Assembly: GCF_004010195.1 (NCBI RefSeq)
Contig: NC_057719.1
Span: forward strand, 56,059,297-56,123,296
Length of the DNA stretch: 64,000 bases
Direction of reading: 5' to 3'
Source of the DNA: Chiloscyllium plagiosum
Lineage: Eukaryota
In this document: in pieces, positions 49,187-61,800 of the stretch
Numbering within the stretch: the first letter of the stretch is position 1
Layout: each line of letters opens with the position of its first letter
Position numbers and translations under genes: made by a program
The notes under the pieces: generated by a model
What the model was told of the DNA's origin: nothing
Database searches by the model: none
The model's input: only the letters and a program-made list of their open reading frames with translations

Positions 49187-51547
49187 TCTGTTCTCCATAG
49201 TTCATTGACCAACAGGACTGTCAATAGACTTCCATCACATCTGCACGCTTTGGAACTGGGTTTATAGAGGTCTCAATGCTGCTTTTAAAATGATTGGGTG
49301 CCCTCCTGTCTAATGGACTAAAGCTGAGTCAAATTAGTTGAGAATAGATTTGCAGTTTGGAAAACCACGATCTGGCTCACCTAGATTTAAATAAACTTTT
49401 CTAAAGCCTGCAGACTTTACCCTTTTGCTTTAAAGCTGCACAAATGTGTATGGTTTTGAACATAATCTAATATTTTCCACAGAGAACAAATCATCAAGAA
49501 TTCTGAAATGTAGTAATCACTAAGACTGACTTCTAGGCTTCATTTTTTATTTTGTATGTTTTGATATCCTCGATGATTTAGTCATCTTTAAAGTTTACAT
49601 AGAAGGTACTTGAAAGTGGCAATGTGAATGAATAAATCAAATTGTTTGTGACATAAGCTCTGTATCTAAAAACAGATACTCCAATACTTCTTATAGATAA
49701 TATAAAATTACTTAATTTGTGGATCAACTTTTCAATCCTTTTGGGGTATTCCCACTGTAGTTTTCAGATATGCAGGTTTGGAAACACAATTCACTGGCTG
49801 CTCACTGCAATAACTCATTTCCTTAAATGCGCTGCTCCTTTAAATCTATTTGAGTGTGTGTCAACGTAGGCACATATCATGCCGGCTGTGCAGTGCAGAA
49901 ACATGAAGCCCAGATATCAAATCCCATTGATTCAAGCCTCAAAGATTCCAACCCATTCCATTGGAATCCAATTTCCAAGTAATTCCATGACACCAACTAC
50001 CCTTCCATCGCACTGCTTAGAAACCTTCAGATTCAACTGGGGGCCAAAGACACTCATTTTCTGAAACAACAGAACAGTATTTACCAGAGCTACAGGATGA
50101 TAGACTCATATCTTATGCGAGAATAAAAAAACTCAAAGTGAACTTGACCTATATGCAAAAAAGGCAATTGATTCATCAACAAGTAACTTACATCCATAAA
50201 ATAAATCCTATTTGAAGGTAGGTTTTTTTAGCACTATTGAATCCAAAAGCCTTGATCCCTTATATTACTCAATTCAATTTTTTCTATCAATGTTCTGAAT
50301 TAATTAATCTGAATTAATTCCTCTTGGCTTTGTGCCTAGGCATAAAGTAAAGGGAACAAAGAGATGAAAACTAGGATACTGGTGCATTCATACCTGTAGA
50401 GGATCCCAGACATTGCAAGGAGTCCTTGACTTTAGAATGGACAACAGTCTTCATACACTATGAAAACTATGAGGGAATTATGTTAATCCCACTCATTATA
50501 CCTCATTTTTCTGAGGCTCACATGTTGCTCCATCATTAAGTGGGCCTTACTGCTTATATACAACCTATTAAAGGACTTAAAGGGGAATGACAAAATGCTA
50601 ATTAAATATCATCATCCCTATCTCGATAAAATGATATTGCATTTTTGGACAACAGCTCAGAGGCCTGAAAGCTGACATCACCATTGCTCCAATTCACCTT
50701 TATATTCAATCCCCTAAAAAGGATTTTAAGGTACATGATTAACGAGATAAATAAATAGAGGTGAAAATAACACAGCATTGTTAATATACCATCATAAGCT
50801 AGATAGCCTAAGTATGGATGGCTGGGATTTCTTAGTTTGCTGTAACAAAATAGGTTAAAAAAATTGTTAAACCAATAAATGTCTTGTCATTGCCTCCATT
50901 TTTACTGAATGAACACATTATTCCTTAAAGGTTAAGCTTATGGAATAATTGTGCCTGTTTTATTTGTGATATATCAGACATCAGAATATTTTCCATTCTT
51001 AGTGTCTAAGCTAATAGTATTAAAAATGACGGAAACCTCGTGGGAAAGTGGTAGCAGCTGCAGCCAGCCTTTCTGCTCTCTCAAGCTACTGATTTTGCAC
51101 TATATTCTGGGCACTCAGTCTGTACGATCGGATTATTAATGCCTCTAAAGGATAGTTAACAAACTCTTAAGGTGAAGGTTTCTGTTTTCTACTAATGAGG
51201 GAATTATTAATGTAAATTCTGGTCAACAACAGTCCTGCTTTGTCAGACTGACCACCAACAGAGAAGAGCATCTCTGCTGAGATGATCAGTTCCATTCAAC
51301 TCTGGCACAATCTTAGCAGCACCATGTGTAATGTGTTACCATCACTTACACATGCCCATGTTATATCAGGGCTCCAGGTGCCAACCAATGGCAGCTTTAC
51401 TTGTGGTCAGTGCTGCCACCTATCTTCCTTCCTACTCTTAATTTGAACAGTAATTAAATTGAGCAGGCTCTGCAGAGAGATCTGACTCTTCAATAAGGTT
51501 TATGAGTCTGTGAGGCTGTTGTCAGCATCAAAGTTGAATTTTTATTT

Positions 51548-51673
51548 AAAAACCAAAAGAACTATGGATGCTGTAAATTAGAAACAAAAACAGAAATTGC
51601 TGGACAAGCTCAGCAGGTCTGTGCAGAGAGAAATCAAATTTAATGTTTCAGGTCCAGTGACCCTCCCTCAGAA
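51548..51673 (-). mobile_element. PLE terminal fragment ending at a degenerate HHR
   Basis: Reverse complement ttCTGAGGGAgggtcactggacctGAAAcattaa followed by PLE terminus and tail. Confidence 0.65.
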
Positions 51674-54600
51674 ATGACGGAAGTTTCGGCAGATTATTCA
51701 TCATGAATAGTGCATGAAGATATAAAACAAATTTAAACAGGTTTGAGAATTACAAAGATACTCTTTTATTTTTGTTAACTTGAGATCAACTACAGAAAGG
51801 AAATACAGAACATCAACATCTAGTTTTCCCAAAGATTTAACTGAGATAAAGATGAAATAGCAAGAGATGTATCCTGAATTTCTGTTATTGTCCAATTTTC
51901 TCTCCAGCCTGAAGACCACAGTGTTAAGCAGGAGTTACTTAGAAATCTTACTAAAGAGATTTAGTTCCTTGTTAGTGACTGAAACTGGGGTTCTAGAAAT
52001 GGTTTGTCTGCAGAGGAGAAGCTACTTGTTGAAGCAATTGTGGAATTGATGCCAATACCGACGGAGAAAGAAATTCCTACCCTGGAAATAACAGGCATAT
52101 CATTCCCTCACATGCAGAAATGTCTTCAGAATGATCTTCATTCTTTTTTCATCCATTAGATTTATTCTTGGTTCAGAAAGCCCCACAGACAGATGTAAGG
52201 GAGACAGTTTCAATTTGTCACTTTCCCCTTCAAGGATCTGATCATTCAAGCACTGGAAGGTGCTTTTCCAGTCAGCTTTTTCCTTTATTGGTTATCACTG
52301 CTGTTACATTGAGGCTTTCATTAGTCTCATAATCCAGCAATGAGCTGTCCTGAGAAGTTACATTCCTACTTCTCCAATGCCTTTACCATCCAAAGAAAGG
52401 GAGAACTTGAGTAGATTAAAGGGTCAATTTGCCTTTACTCTAAAAATAGGTAGAGAGCATATGCGTCAATGATCTGTGATAGTGCCACCAGATCATACAG
52501 TTGTCCTTTCGCACCATTCCTAGGTATATAATTATGTTCAACAAAGGTCGCTAATCTTCTTTTAACTGAGTGCAGACCTGACCCCACATCTGACTACACG
52601 TGCATCAATGTACTTCTTATGCACATCCCCAAAGCAAGCCCGACATCCCCCAAAGGTGTCACAGGGTCAAATCCAAAAGAACACCTCATTTGTTCAACAG
52701 GTACTTCATCTCTCCAAAGGAATAGGCAAAGTTTAATCCAGGTCTGACCTGCACACATATTTCTCACTCGTGGCCAACAAGAATCAGCCAGGTTTGGAGG
52801 CAGCTGCTGTTTTATATGGGCAGCTACCTCCGTGAATCCTTGATGGGATTCTGGAACCCAGCTCCATTCCCTCCCACCTGGAGAAAATGGTGCTGACTGT
52901 GTTCAGAAGGAGGTCTTATGGATTTCAGCCTCTAATTCAATGTTTGCCATGATAGAGAGGCTCTGTATCCATCTGAAAATTCAGGACAAGTTTCAATTTA
53001 CTTCTGAATAGTTGACTTATGCATTGCTATTACTACCTGAGTGCGTACAATTGTCAGTTTCTTAGCTTCCTTCCTTTGTCCTCTAGCTTTTCCCATGTGA
53101 TATGCAATTGCCACATTGTTGGCTGTTCGACCAATTGGACAGCTAGATGTCTCTGACGCTAACTGGCTTCATTCATCTGTGCTGAAGACTGGAAACAATA
53201 CATGCTGGCTTGCCTGCATCAGTGGCTGTATTACTGTTAGAAGCTGCTGAGAAGGCATTCAGGACATTTGTACTACTTCACAGCAGTATTGGAAAAGTTA
53301 ACACCTTGCTAATCAGAAGATTGATGGGTTGGATTCAATGTTAATAAAGCACAAGACAACCTTCCTGGGGACAGTTAGCTCTGTCAGTTAATGTGTGGTG
53401 CTTAACAATAATAAGTGTGGGCTCAATCCTAGTAGTGCTTGAGGGCCTGCCTCTTCTGTTTGCCCCATTGTGATATTATGGTATCATTGTACAATGGTTA
53501 GCAACCTTCAGAAGACAAGGATTTTACATGAAGAGAGAGAAATTCACTTTAGATTTTACAGTATTTTGACTGTAGTCAATGTCAGCAATTGAAAAGTCAG
53601 CACCGCTAACAATGGAATGCATCACATCCCAATATCTTCCAGCATTACATTCATTTCATGGACTATCATATGCTCGAGTTAGTCCATCTGTCTTTTAATA
53701 AACGCAGTCTCACGGGCAATCCAATTAGCAACCATTCAGGTTCATTTAATCCAGCCATATTGCTAGTATTCAGTATCCAATCTTATCTTTTACTGTCATG
53801 TGTTAAATATTACCCAATTAATTGAATGTTGAGGTATGAGAGAAGTCAGATAAGATGACAAAATTTGAAATGGACACTTACTGAAATTGTGATAAATATA
53901 AAGGAAGTTGCTCTGACCGTTACTAACTGGAAAGGCTGTCAGCTGAGGGGATTTTTATTTACAGCATGTGAATTGCTAGTCAGAGTCAGGCTTGGTTTGT
54001 TAGTGAGTTAGAACCACATTCTCCCTAAACTTCTATTGCTTGTTGACAGACGGCAATGTTTTTAAAGCCTGAAAAATGGAGAGAGTGAGGTAAATGGCAC
54101 TGCCTTCCACAACTGTTCCTTCAGTCAGTGCATGTCTCTAAGCAGGGCTGTAAGCTGGGAGTTCACTACATTTAACCATACACATTTAATTGGCCTCTAA
54201 AGCTTAAAAGCTTTAAAGTGAACTTTAATGAGCCCTTTGAGCTCAGAGTCGAAGGTAGAAAATCTGGCAAAATGACACTAGAAAGTTTTGGGTGACATAC
54301 CTGTTGCAATCTCACCACCAAGCCTTTTACATAGCAACCACGACGGCAACCACACCACCAATCCTGAGTTCAACTGAGCCATTGAAATGGCCAAATTAAG
54401 GGCTACTTCTTCTCTCCTTGAGCATTTTTCCAGCAGCTAGGTTTCCTGCTTCCACATGAGGAATCTGTTCTGTGAAACCTGGTGATCCCCAATAACGTTC
54501 AGGAGGTTGGTGCTGGGTGGTGGGGGTGGGGAGGTGGGCACACCTCTCTTTGGACACTCCTCCCCACAGAGGTTAGTGCAGTTCAGCATCATTCCCCTGC

Positions 54601-55429
54601 AGCAACAGTACTGTCTCATCCACATTCCCCATCCATCAGCAGGGCCCACGTGTCACCACTAAGCAATTCATCTGCCACTCTCATTATGGGTACTGACAGT
54701 TGATGCATCCTGATCCTACAGAAGCTGTTGCAGCCATGACAACCATTTGCAGTGAAGCTGCTGAGACAGCTAAGCTGAAGGATCACTGATTGGGACAACA
54801 ACATTTTGGGGTGAATTACTGTCCTTGATGGGGACAACAGCTCTGGTTGCAGTCCCTCCAATGTGGAGGCCAGAGTAGTGTAGTCACCAATTTCTCCCCT
54901 GTTCGTGACTCTCGCAGTAGGACTCCTGCCACCTGTACAGAATACTGTCCTTCTGCACTCCTCACTAACAAATCGAGATTGAACTGAAATTTCAGAGGCA
55001 AAATGATGTATGCCACCATTTTTATCAGTTTCTTATTTTCAGTAATATAAAGGTAATAGGAATTCTGCAGTGAGCAAAATATAACCTGTGCAAGTTCAGG
55101 AAAGTTAGATGGTGTTGCTTTCATGTCCAGAGCAGAAGCACTGAATAAGAACATGTCATTTGTCCCTTAAACCCCATTCCTTCAAAGTAAGAATTGAGTC
55201 AGCCCTTAGAATTAAGCCTGCCTCATATTTTCTTCAGCCAAGATTTTTGAGATTAGAATTTCCTCTTTGACTTCTGAATTCAAAAATCTTATCAGGGTTA
55301 TGAAACCAGTATGATCTCAATGAACATCAAATAAAGATAAGTTGAACCAGGGTGCATGTAACTGAACTGCCATCAATTATGATAAAGGTAATGAGAATGG
55401 TTATTATCTCTCCAATACTCATTCCAAAG

Positions 55430-55910
55430 CAATGCCAATGCTGGTATGTCTTAAATTTACAAGAATCATTTGAAGAAGAAGAAAGTTCAGTTGTGGAGAT
55501 AGTTTTAAGAAGTTGGGACTGTTCACCTCAGAAAGAAGAAAGCTGAAAGATTTGATAGAAGTTTTCAAAATCTTGAGTGAGCTGAACAGAGTCGATAGAG
55601 AGAAACTGTTCCTGTTTGTAAAATAAAACAGAATGAGAGGGTATAGTTTTAAAATGGTTGTGCAAAAAAAAAGTGATGAGAGAAAAATCCTTTTTCACAT
55701 AGTGAGTATTTAGGATATGGAATGCACTGACTGAAAATGTGGTGGAAGCAAATTCAATTGAGGCATTAAAAGTGCATTGGATGATTATTTGGATAGAAAT
55801 GAATGTGCAGGGATGTGGTGAAAGGTACAATATTGACACTAGGTAATAGAACCAATACAGATATGATGGGCCAATTGGCTTGCTCTGTGCCATAATAATG
55901 TCGTGATTCT
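55430..55910 (+). mobile_element. Old CR1 3' fragment
   Basis: gatttgatagaagttttcaaaatc, tggaatgcactg, gatgggccaattggctt...gattctgtg. Confidence 0.7.
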
Positions 55911-56520
55911 GTGAAATTGGACTGAATTGAGTGCATGAAAAAATCAACCACTTAACTGCCTGGATACTGTGCTCAGCAACAAAGCAGGCACTCCAGATCT
56001 CAAAGAAATCCTCATCGAGAGACCAAATCACCTCTCTCACTGTCCAATTGATTGTGCATTCCTAAATGTGATTCTCAGTACAGAGATGCTGTAATGATAT
56101 CCAGCTGACCAAGGATTCTCACTGGCAGCCAACCAGATGTGAAAAGCACAAAAATAAATCATTTAAAAATATAGTGCAAATTAGACATGGGACATATTCA
56201 TGCTGTAAAGGAAGAAGTTGGAATATCATGTGGGAGGAGAAGTGGGACTAGTTGCAGCAATGGGAAGGTGCTCACGCTGCAGCCTGACAGGGAGCATCGA
56301 ATAACAAACCACAGTGGACATTCACAGCACCCCTGCATTGCAGTGCCTTCCTTTTTGCAATTTGCCCCTCAGCCAGAGATACCCAAGGCTCACAATTGTA
56401 ATATTCTGAAAAAGTTCCCAGTATTGAAAATATATGGACTGAGCTCTGGACTTCTCAAACATTTTTTTAAAAACTGTGTTGGGTCTGCAGAGGAATAAAC
56501 GAACCACCAAGAGACCTGTG

Positions 56521-56655
56521 AGCTCTGATGAAGAGTCACCTAGACTTGAGACGTTAGTTTGCTCTGACTCCATGAAGGCTGTCTGACCCGCTGTGATCTC
56601 CAACATTTGTTCTTTTCAGCACAGATTCCAGCATCTGGAGTAATTTGTTCCTACA
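56521..56655 (+). mobile_element. PLE terminal fragment beginning at an HHR-like motif
   Basis: AGCT-CTGATGA-a-GAGTC-accta-GACTT-GAGA-cg-tt-AGTT, then terminus and tail. Confidence 0.7.
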
Positions 56656-58122
56656 AAGGAATGACAGCCAGCAGGGAACATTGTCTCAATCCAACATCTT
56701 GCATTTATAATTTACACCTTGAATCCAAGACAATCAAACTGAAATCAAAGAATCCAGTCCCAAGACGGTTTTTATACCTCTAGCCACACAGCCCATGGAA
56801 ATACTGATTCATGCAAACAGTGTGGAGCCAAGAGGGCTACTGTAACAATCACCCAGAATCCAACACCATTCAAAACTGCTAACATCTCTTGCAAGTATCC
56901 AAAATCCAATTAAGCCAATCAAGCTCACAAAGAAAACATTGATAAGACAATGGGCCTAGAGATTGCCGTGAAGATTAGGAAGGCCCTGCAACTAGTAGAA
57001 CAATAGGTCCTGATCTGGGGTGCAGAAATGTTTTTATTGGAAGTAAAGGAACAGAAAACAGAAACACCAAGAAAGTGTGTTTTTGAGGGCAAACCTCAAT
57101 AAACATCGTGACCGACGATGCCAAGTGGAAACTAAGTCTGACAGACTGCAAAGTGCCAACTAAGCCAAGTGACACTACAAGTCCTCAGGTACAACTGAAG
57201 TGAAGACCAAGCTTGACACACCAGCCGATGTAAAGAAAACCCAAGTACTCACCCACTAAATCCAATGCACGCCGAACCACATTTGCGATCTTAACCCGGA
57301 TTGTGCAGCAGGAGGTTCCCTACCACATCCAGGGTGCAGCAAGCCTGAATAACAACATTCAGTGAACATTGAAACCTCACCACCCATCTTGGCTGTTTCT
57401 GCCTTATTATGAAGTGTTTCCTCCTGGAAGGAGAGAAGTCGGTACTAAGGGAGATGAATGTAGGGGGCACATCTGTTACTTTTGGTGGAAGTGGGGAGGT
57501 GTCCCAAGCAACTGAGTAGGCAGTGCAAAAATACAGAGTTAGTGGTGGGGTGAGGGACAGCAAGTCAGGAAGATTTCACAGGCAATTGTGAGAATTGTAA
57601 GCATGAGCCTTGGTGGGAACTTGGTACTGCTAGCGAGTACAGCAGAGTTAAAACAAGCGTGAGATATCACAGAGAAGATGTCAGAACCTCTGCTGGCAGA
57701 GTTGAGTAGGTCATTGACTTTTTTCCTACATGCTGTGCATTCCTCCAGAAAACTGGCACTGCTTTATCTCGAGTGGCAACCTCAGAACAGCCTGGCAATA
57801 GTCTGGTGTTGTGGTCTCCACTGCGTGTCCTGAAGAATAGGTAGTTCCAACTCTGCACTGCCCCATCCAACAGGACCCCCAGAACCATGCTTGTAAAGTG
57901 TGGCATCAATCGTTCAGGACAAATTTCAGGACTAAGCATGGCAGCTCCGGACTGATAGTATTTGCCCAGGAATACCAAACACATTTAAAGATGGTCCGGA
58001 TGCAAAAGATGCCAGGATGAAGTCTGGGATGTCTGCTGAGTAGTGAATTGGTCCAGTGACAGCACATGGTAAAATGGGACTAGAATCAGAGATGACAAAT
58101 GTCATGAGGTGGGGTAGGTAGT

Positions 58123-58250
58123 TAGAACATAGAACATAGAACATAGAAGATTACAGCGCAGTAACTACCTCGGATGGCAAGTCCTCATCCATCGTCCTTT
58201 CCACCGCTGTAATACTATCTTTGACAAGCAATGCCACACCTCCCCCTCTT
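58123..58250 (-). mobile_element. CR1 mini-chimera: endonuclease-coding piece fused directly to the 3' terminal tail
   Basis: Reverse complement encodes RGGGVALLVKDSITAVERT, then tactgcgctgtaatc(ttctatg)n. Confidence 0.75.
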
Positions 58251-59267
58251 TGTTGTTAATGAGGTGAGAGAACTCACTCAGTCTCAGCAAAAGGAGCTCA
58301 ACACAATTGGACATGGACAAAAGAAACATAAAATACAACTAACGTATTCAACAATGCTTTGTTAAGACTGTAATATTGTTTGAATTGTCTGAGTACTAAC
58401 TAAGTATCAGAGGTAACTGCTTAGGTTGCATAGATGACGTGCAAAGATTGAATAAGAGTGAATGTGTGGCTATTTCTTATTTTTTATTAAAAAGCATTTT
58501 TGTTTTTCTGTACTTTACAATGAATATTTTTTCATTTCAGTTTTCCTTTGGTGGTGATTTTACAAAGACATCATGTATTTAACATTTCTTTCAGGTTTTA
58601 AGTTTTGAAGGACAGTGGAAACACCATTATTTGTTTCACATTTTATGGAACTAACAAGAGCGATTATTTTTAGAAAGGTTGTTGTATGATTCACTGTGAA
58701 CATTGAAGATTTCTTTTTAAGGCTACTTAGAATCATGTGACTGGTGTTGAACAGCACTCGCATAGGACATGCTATGTATCTAAAAATTACTTAGGGACCA
58801 AGAACTCTGCAAGAAAGAGCTGCCCAGTTGCTTATAAAAATATATCCCTCTTGTTGAACTCAGGGTGTAATCTATTTGCTTTTTCAGAAACAGGAATTGG
58901 AGGAACTCCTCAAAATTGCATTTCCTGGGTAATCTGAATTTGAAAGACTCCAAAGTCAACGAGGTACAATTAGTGGCATGTGCATATGTCTCAGGACATC
59001 AGAGCAACCCACAATTCTACACTTGTTACTTTTGCCTTTCAGAATAACTCATTGGCCAAAATGTTTCTTTCCTCCCCAGAAAGCCAAGCTTAAGTCAAAA
59101 AATCTATACTTCTTTTCCTTGAAATGTATGTGTGTTTATGTGTGTCTCTGTATCTGTTTATGTGTTTTGAGGATATTTAGAAAATTAAGCATTTTTAATT
59201 CTATATAACTGATGTGTTTGTGAACCAATTATCTTCATTGCCTGGGTTCCCTTTGAGCAGATTTTGA

Positions 59268-61800
59268 GTGATTGATTTGATTTATTATCACTTGTACCTA
59301 AGTACAGTAAAAAGCTTTGTTTAAGAGCTATACAGGCAGACCATAGTAAGTAGGGACATACAGATCATAGGGTGAACAAACTTGGACAGAGTGAGGCATA
59401 CAGGTTACAGGATGTGCACAAGGCAAGATCAGCATTAACAAAATCAACATTATTTGAAGTTAGAGACTCCATTCAGCAGTCTAGTAATGGCAAGGATTCT
59501 GTTCCTGTTCCTGAATCTGTTGGTGCATGTGTTCAAACCTCCCAACCTCTGCTCTGTTGATGTAGATAGGGGTACGTTCTCCACCTTTCTTTCTGAAGTC
59601 AATGAGCAGTTGTTTAGTTTTGCTAACATTGAGAAAGAGATTGTTCTCATTGCACCATGTCACCAAGCCCTCTATCTCCCTTCTATTTGCTGACTCATTG
59701 TTTTAGATATCTGTTCAACCACGGTGGTGCTCTCAGCCAACTTGCAGATGGCATTCATTTGGAATTTGGCTACACAGTCATGGGCATACATACAGGGAGT
59801 ACAGTAGGGGGCTGAGAACGCATCCTTGTGGGGCTCCAGTGTTGAGTTTATCGTGGAGAGGTGCAGTTATCTACCTTCACTGATTGCATCCGTGGGTCAG
59901 GAAGCTGAGGATCCTGTGGCAGAGGGCAGAGCTAGGTCTTGGAGTTTTGAGATCAGTCTGGAGGGCATAATGGTGTTGAAGGCGGAGCTGTAGTTAATGA
60001 GCAGGAGCCTGGTGTCGGTGTCCTTGCTTCCCAATGTTCTAGGGATGAATGCAGAGGTAGGGAAATGGTGTTTGCTGTTGACCTGTTTTGCCGGTAGGCA
60101 AATTGTAATGGATGAGGCAGACTGGGAGACTGGAGTTGACGTGGGCCATGACCAGCCTCTCGAAGCACTTCTTGATTATGGAGGATAGAGGCACTGGGCG
60201 GTAGTCATTAAGGCATGTTGCATGTGTTTTCTTAGGTACTGGGATGAGGGTGGTCTTTTTGAAGCAGGTGGGGACTCCAGACTGTAGCATGGAGAAGTTG
60301 AAGGTGTCAGTGAATGCCTCCACCAGTTGGTCCACACAGGATCTAAGTGCATGGCTGGGATATACATTCAGGCCCATCGCTTTCCTCAGGTTGACTCCCA
60401 GGAAGACCGATCTGATGTCTGCAGCGATGACGGAGGGAACAGATATGTCCAGGATTGTCAGGGCAGAGGTCACCGTGGCATTAGCATTCTGCTCGAACTG
60501 AGTATAGAAGGCATTGAGAGCATTAGGGAGGAATGTGTCTTTATCGGCTATCTTGCTTTGCTTCATTTTGTATCCTTATATTGTTTAGGCCTTGCCACTG
60601 GCAGCGGGTGTCCATATGGTTGGTTTGGGCCTCTACTTGGTCCAGTACTGCTTGGGCATCTCTGACAGCTTTGCAGAGGTCACATCTGGATTTCCTGAGA
60701 AAGGTCTGAGTCATCCGATTTGAATGCCGCACACCTGGTCTTCAGTAGGGAGTGGATTTCCCGATTCATCCAAGGTTTCCGGTTGGAGAACACCCAGATT
60801 TACGTCTTAGGTATGCAGTCCTCCATGCATTTGCGAATGAGGTCCGAGGTGGAGTACTCATCTAGGCTGAATATGTCCAGGCCGCCAGTTCCAAGCAAGT
60901 CCAGACAAACTATTCCAATTCCTCGGACCAGAATTGCATTTCTTTTTGTGAATGATCCTCCCACCTCAAATTCTGCTTGTAAGCTGGGAGGAAGAATACA
61001 GCATTGTGATCTGATTTTCTAAAGTACGGGACGGGGTATGGAGCGGTAGGCATTTTTGATGTTTGAGTAGCAGTGGCCCAGGATGCTCGGTCCTCCAGTG
61101 GGGCGAGCGATGTGTTGGTGGTAATTTGTCAGCACCTGCTTGAGGTTAGCCTGATTGAAGTTGCCAGCCATGATGAATAAGGCCTCGGGGAATTTAGTCT
61201 CCAGTGTATTTGTGGCAGTGTGAATGTCACCCAGGGAATTCTTCACATTCACATGGGGGGGCTATGTAGACTGTAGTCAGGACAGCAGAGGTGAACTTGC
61301 ATGGCAGTTCGTAGAGATGACATTTTACTGTCAGGTATTCTATGTCTGGGGAACAGTGGTTCACCAGGGTCACCATGTCTGAGCACCAGAAGGTGTTGAT
61401 CAGGAAGCATATCCCACCACCCTTGGCCTTACCTGAGGACGCGATGTAGGAAGAACCTCTCAGCTTGCGTGGCATAGTCAGATATGACAGGAGCGAGCCA
61501 AGTCTCCATAAAACTGAGCACACAGCAGTATCTCAGTTCCCTCTGGACATTTGCTCAGAGTATGCTGGGGAGGGGGAGCCTTGGAGCCACATTGTTTCAG
61601 TCTCACCTGCAGGCTACTGTGTCTTCCCCATTTCCTTGCGGGTTTCCTGCATTTGTCTTCCTTTCCAGGATCGGCAACAAGATTAGTCCTTGGGGCGGCC
61701 TTGCGGAGTTTTGCAGTTTTCCAGCGGCACGGCATGACAGCTTTGTCTTTTCCCAAACCCAGGAGCTAGGAATTGAACTAAGATGGAGTCTATCTTAAAT
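59268..61800 (-). mobile_element. Rex1/Babar-clade LINE, decayed and near full-length (APE endonuclease + RT)
   Basis: GKAKGGGICFLIN.WC, CSPDIEYLTVKC, AGNFNQANL, VPTCFKKTTLIPVPKK, LNDYRPV, LQFAYRQNRST, WCNENNLFLNVSKTK; atcaa-repeat tail. Confidence 0.92.
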
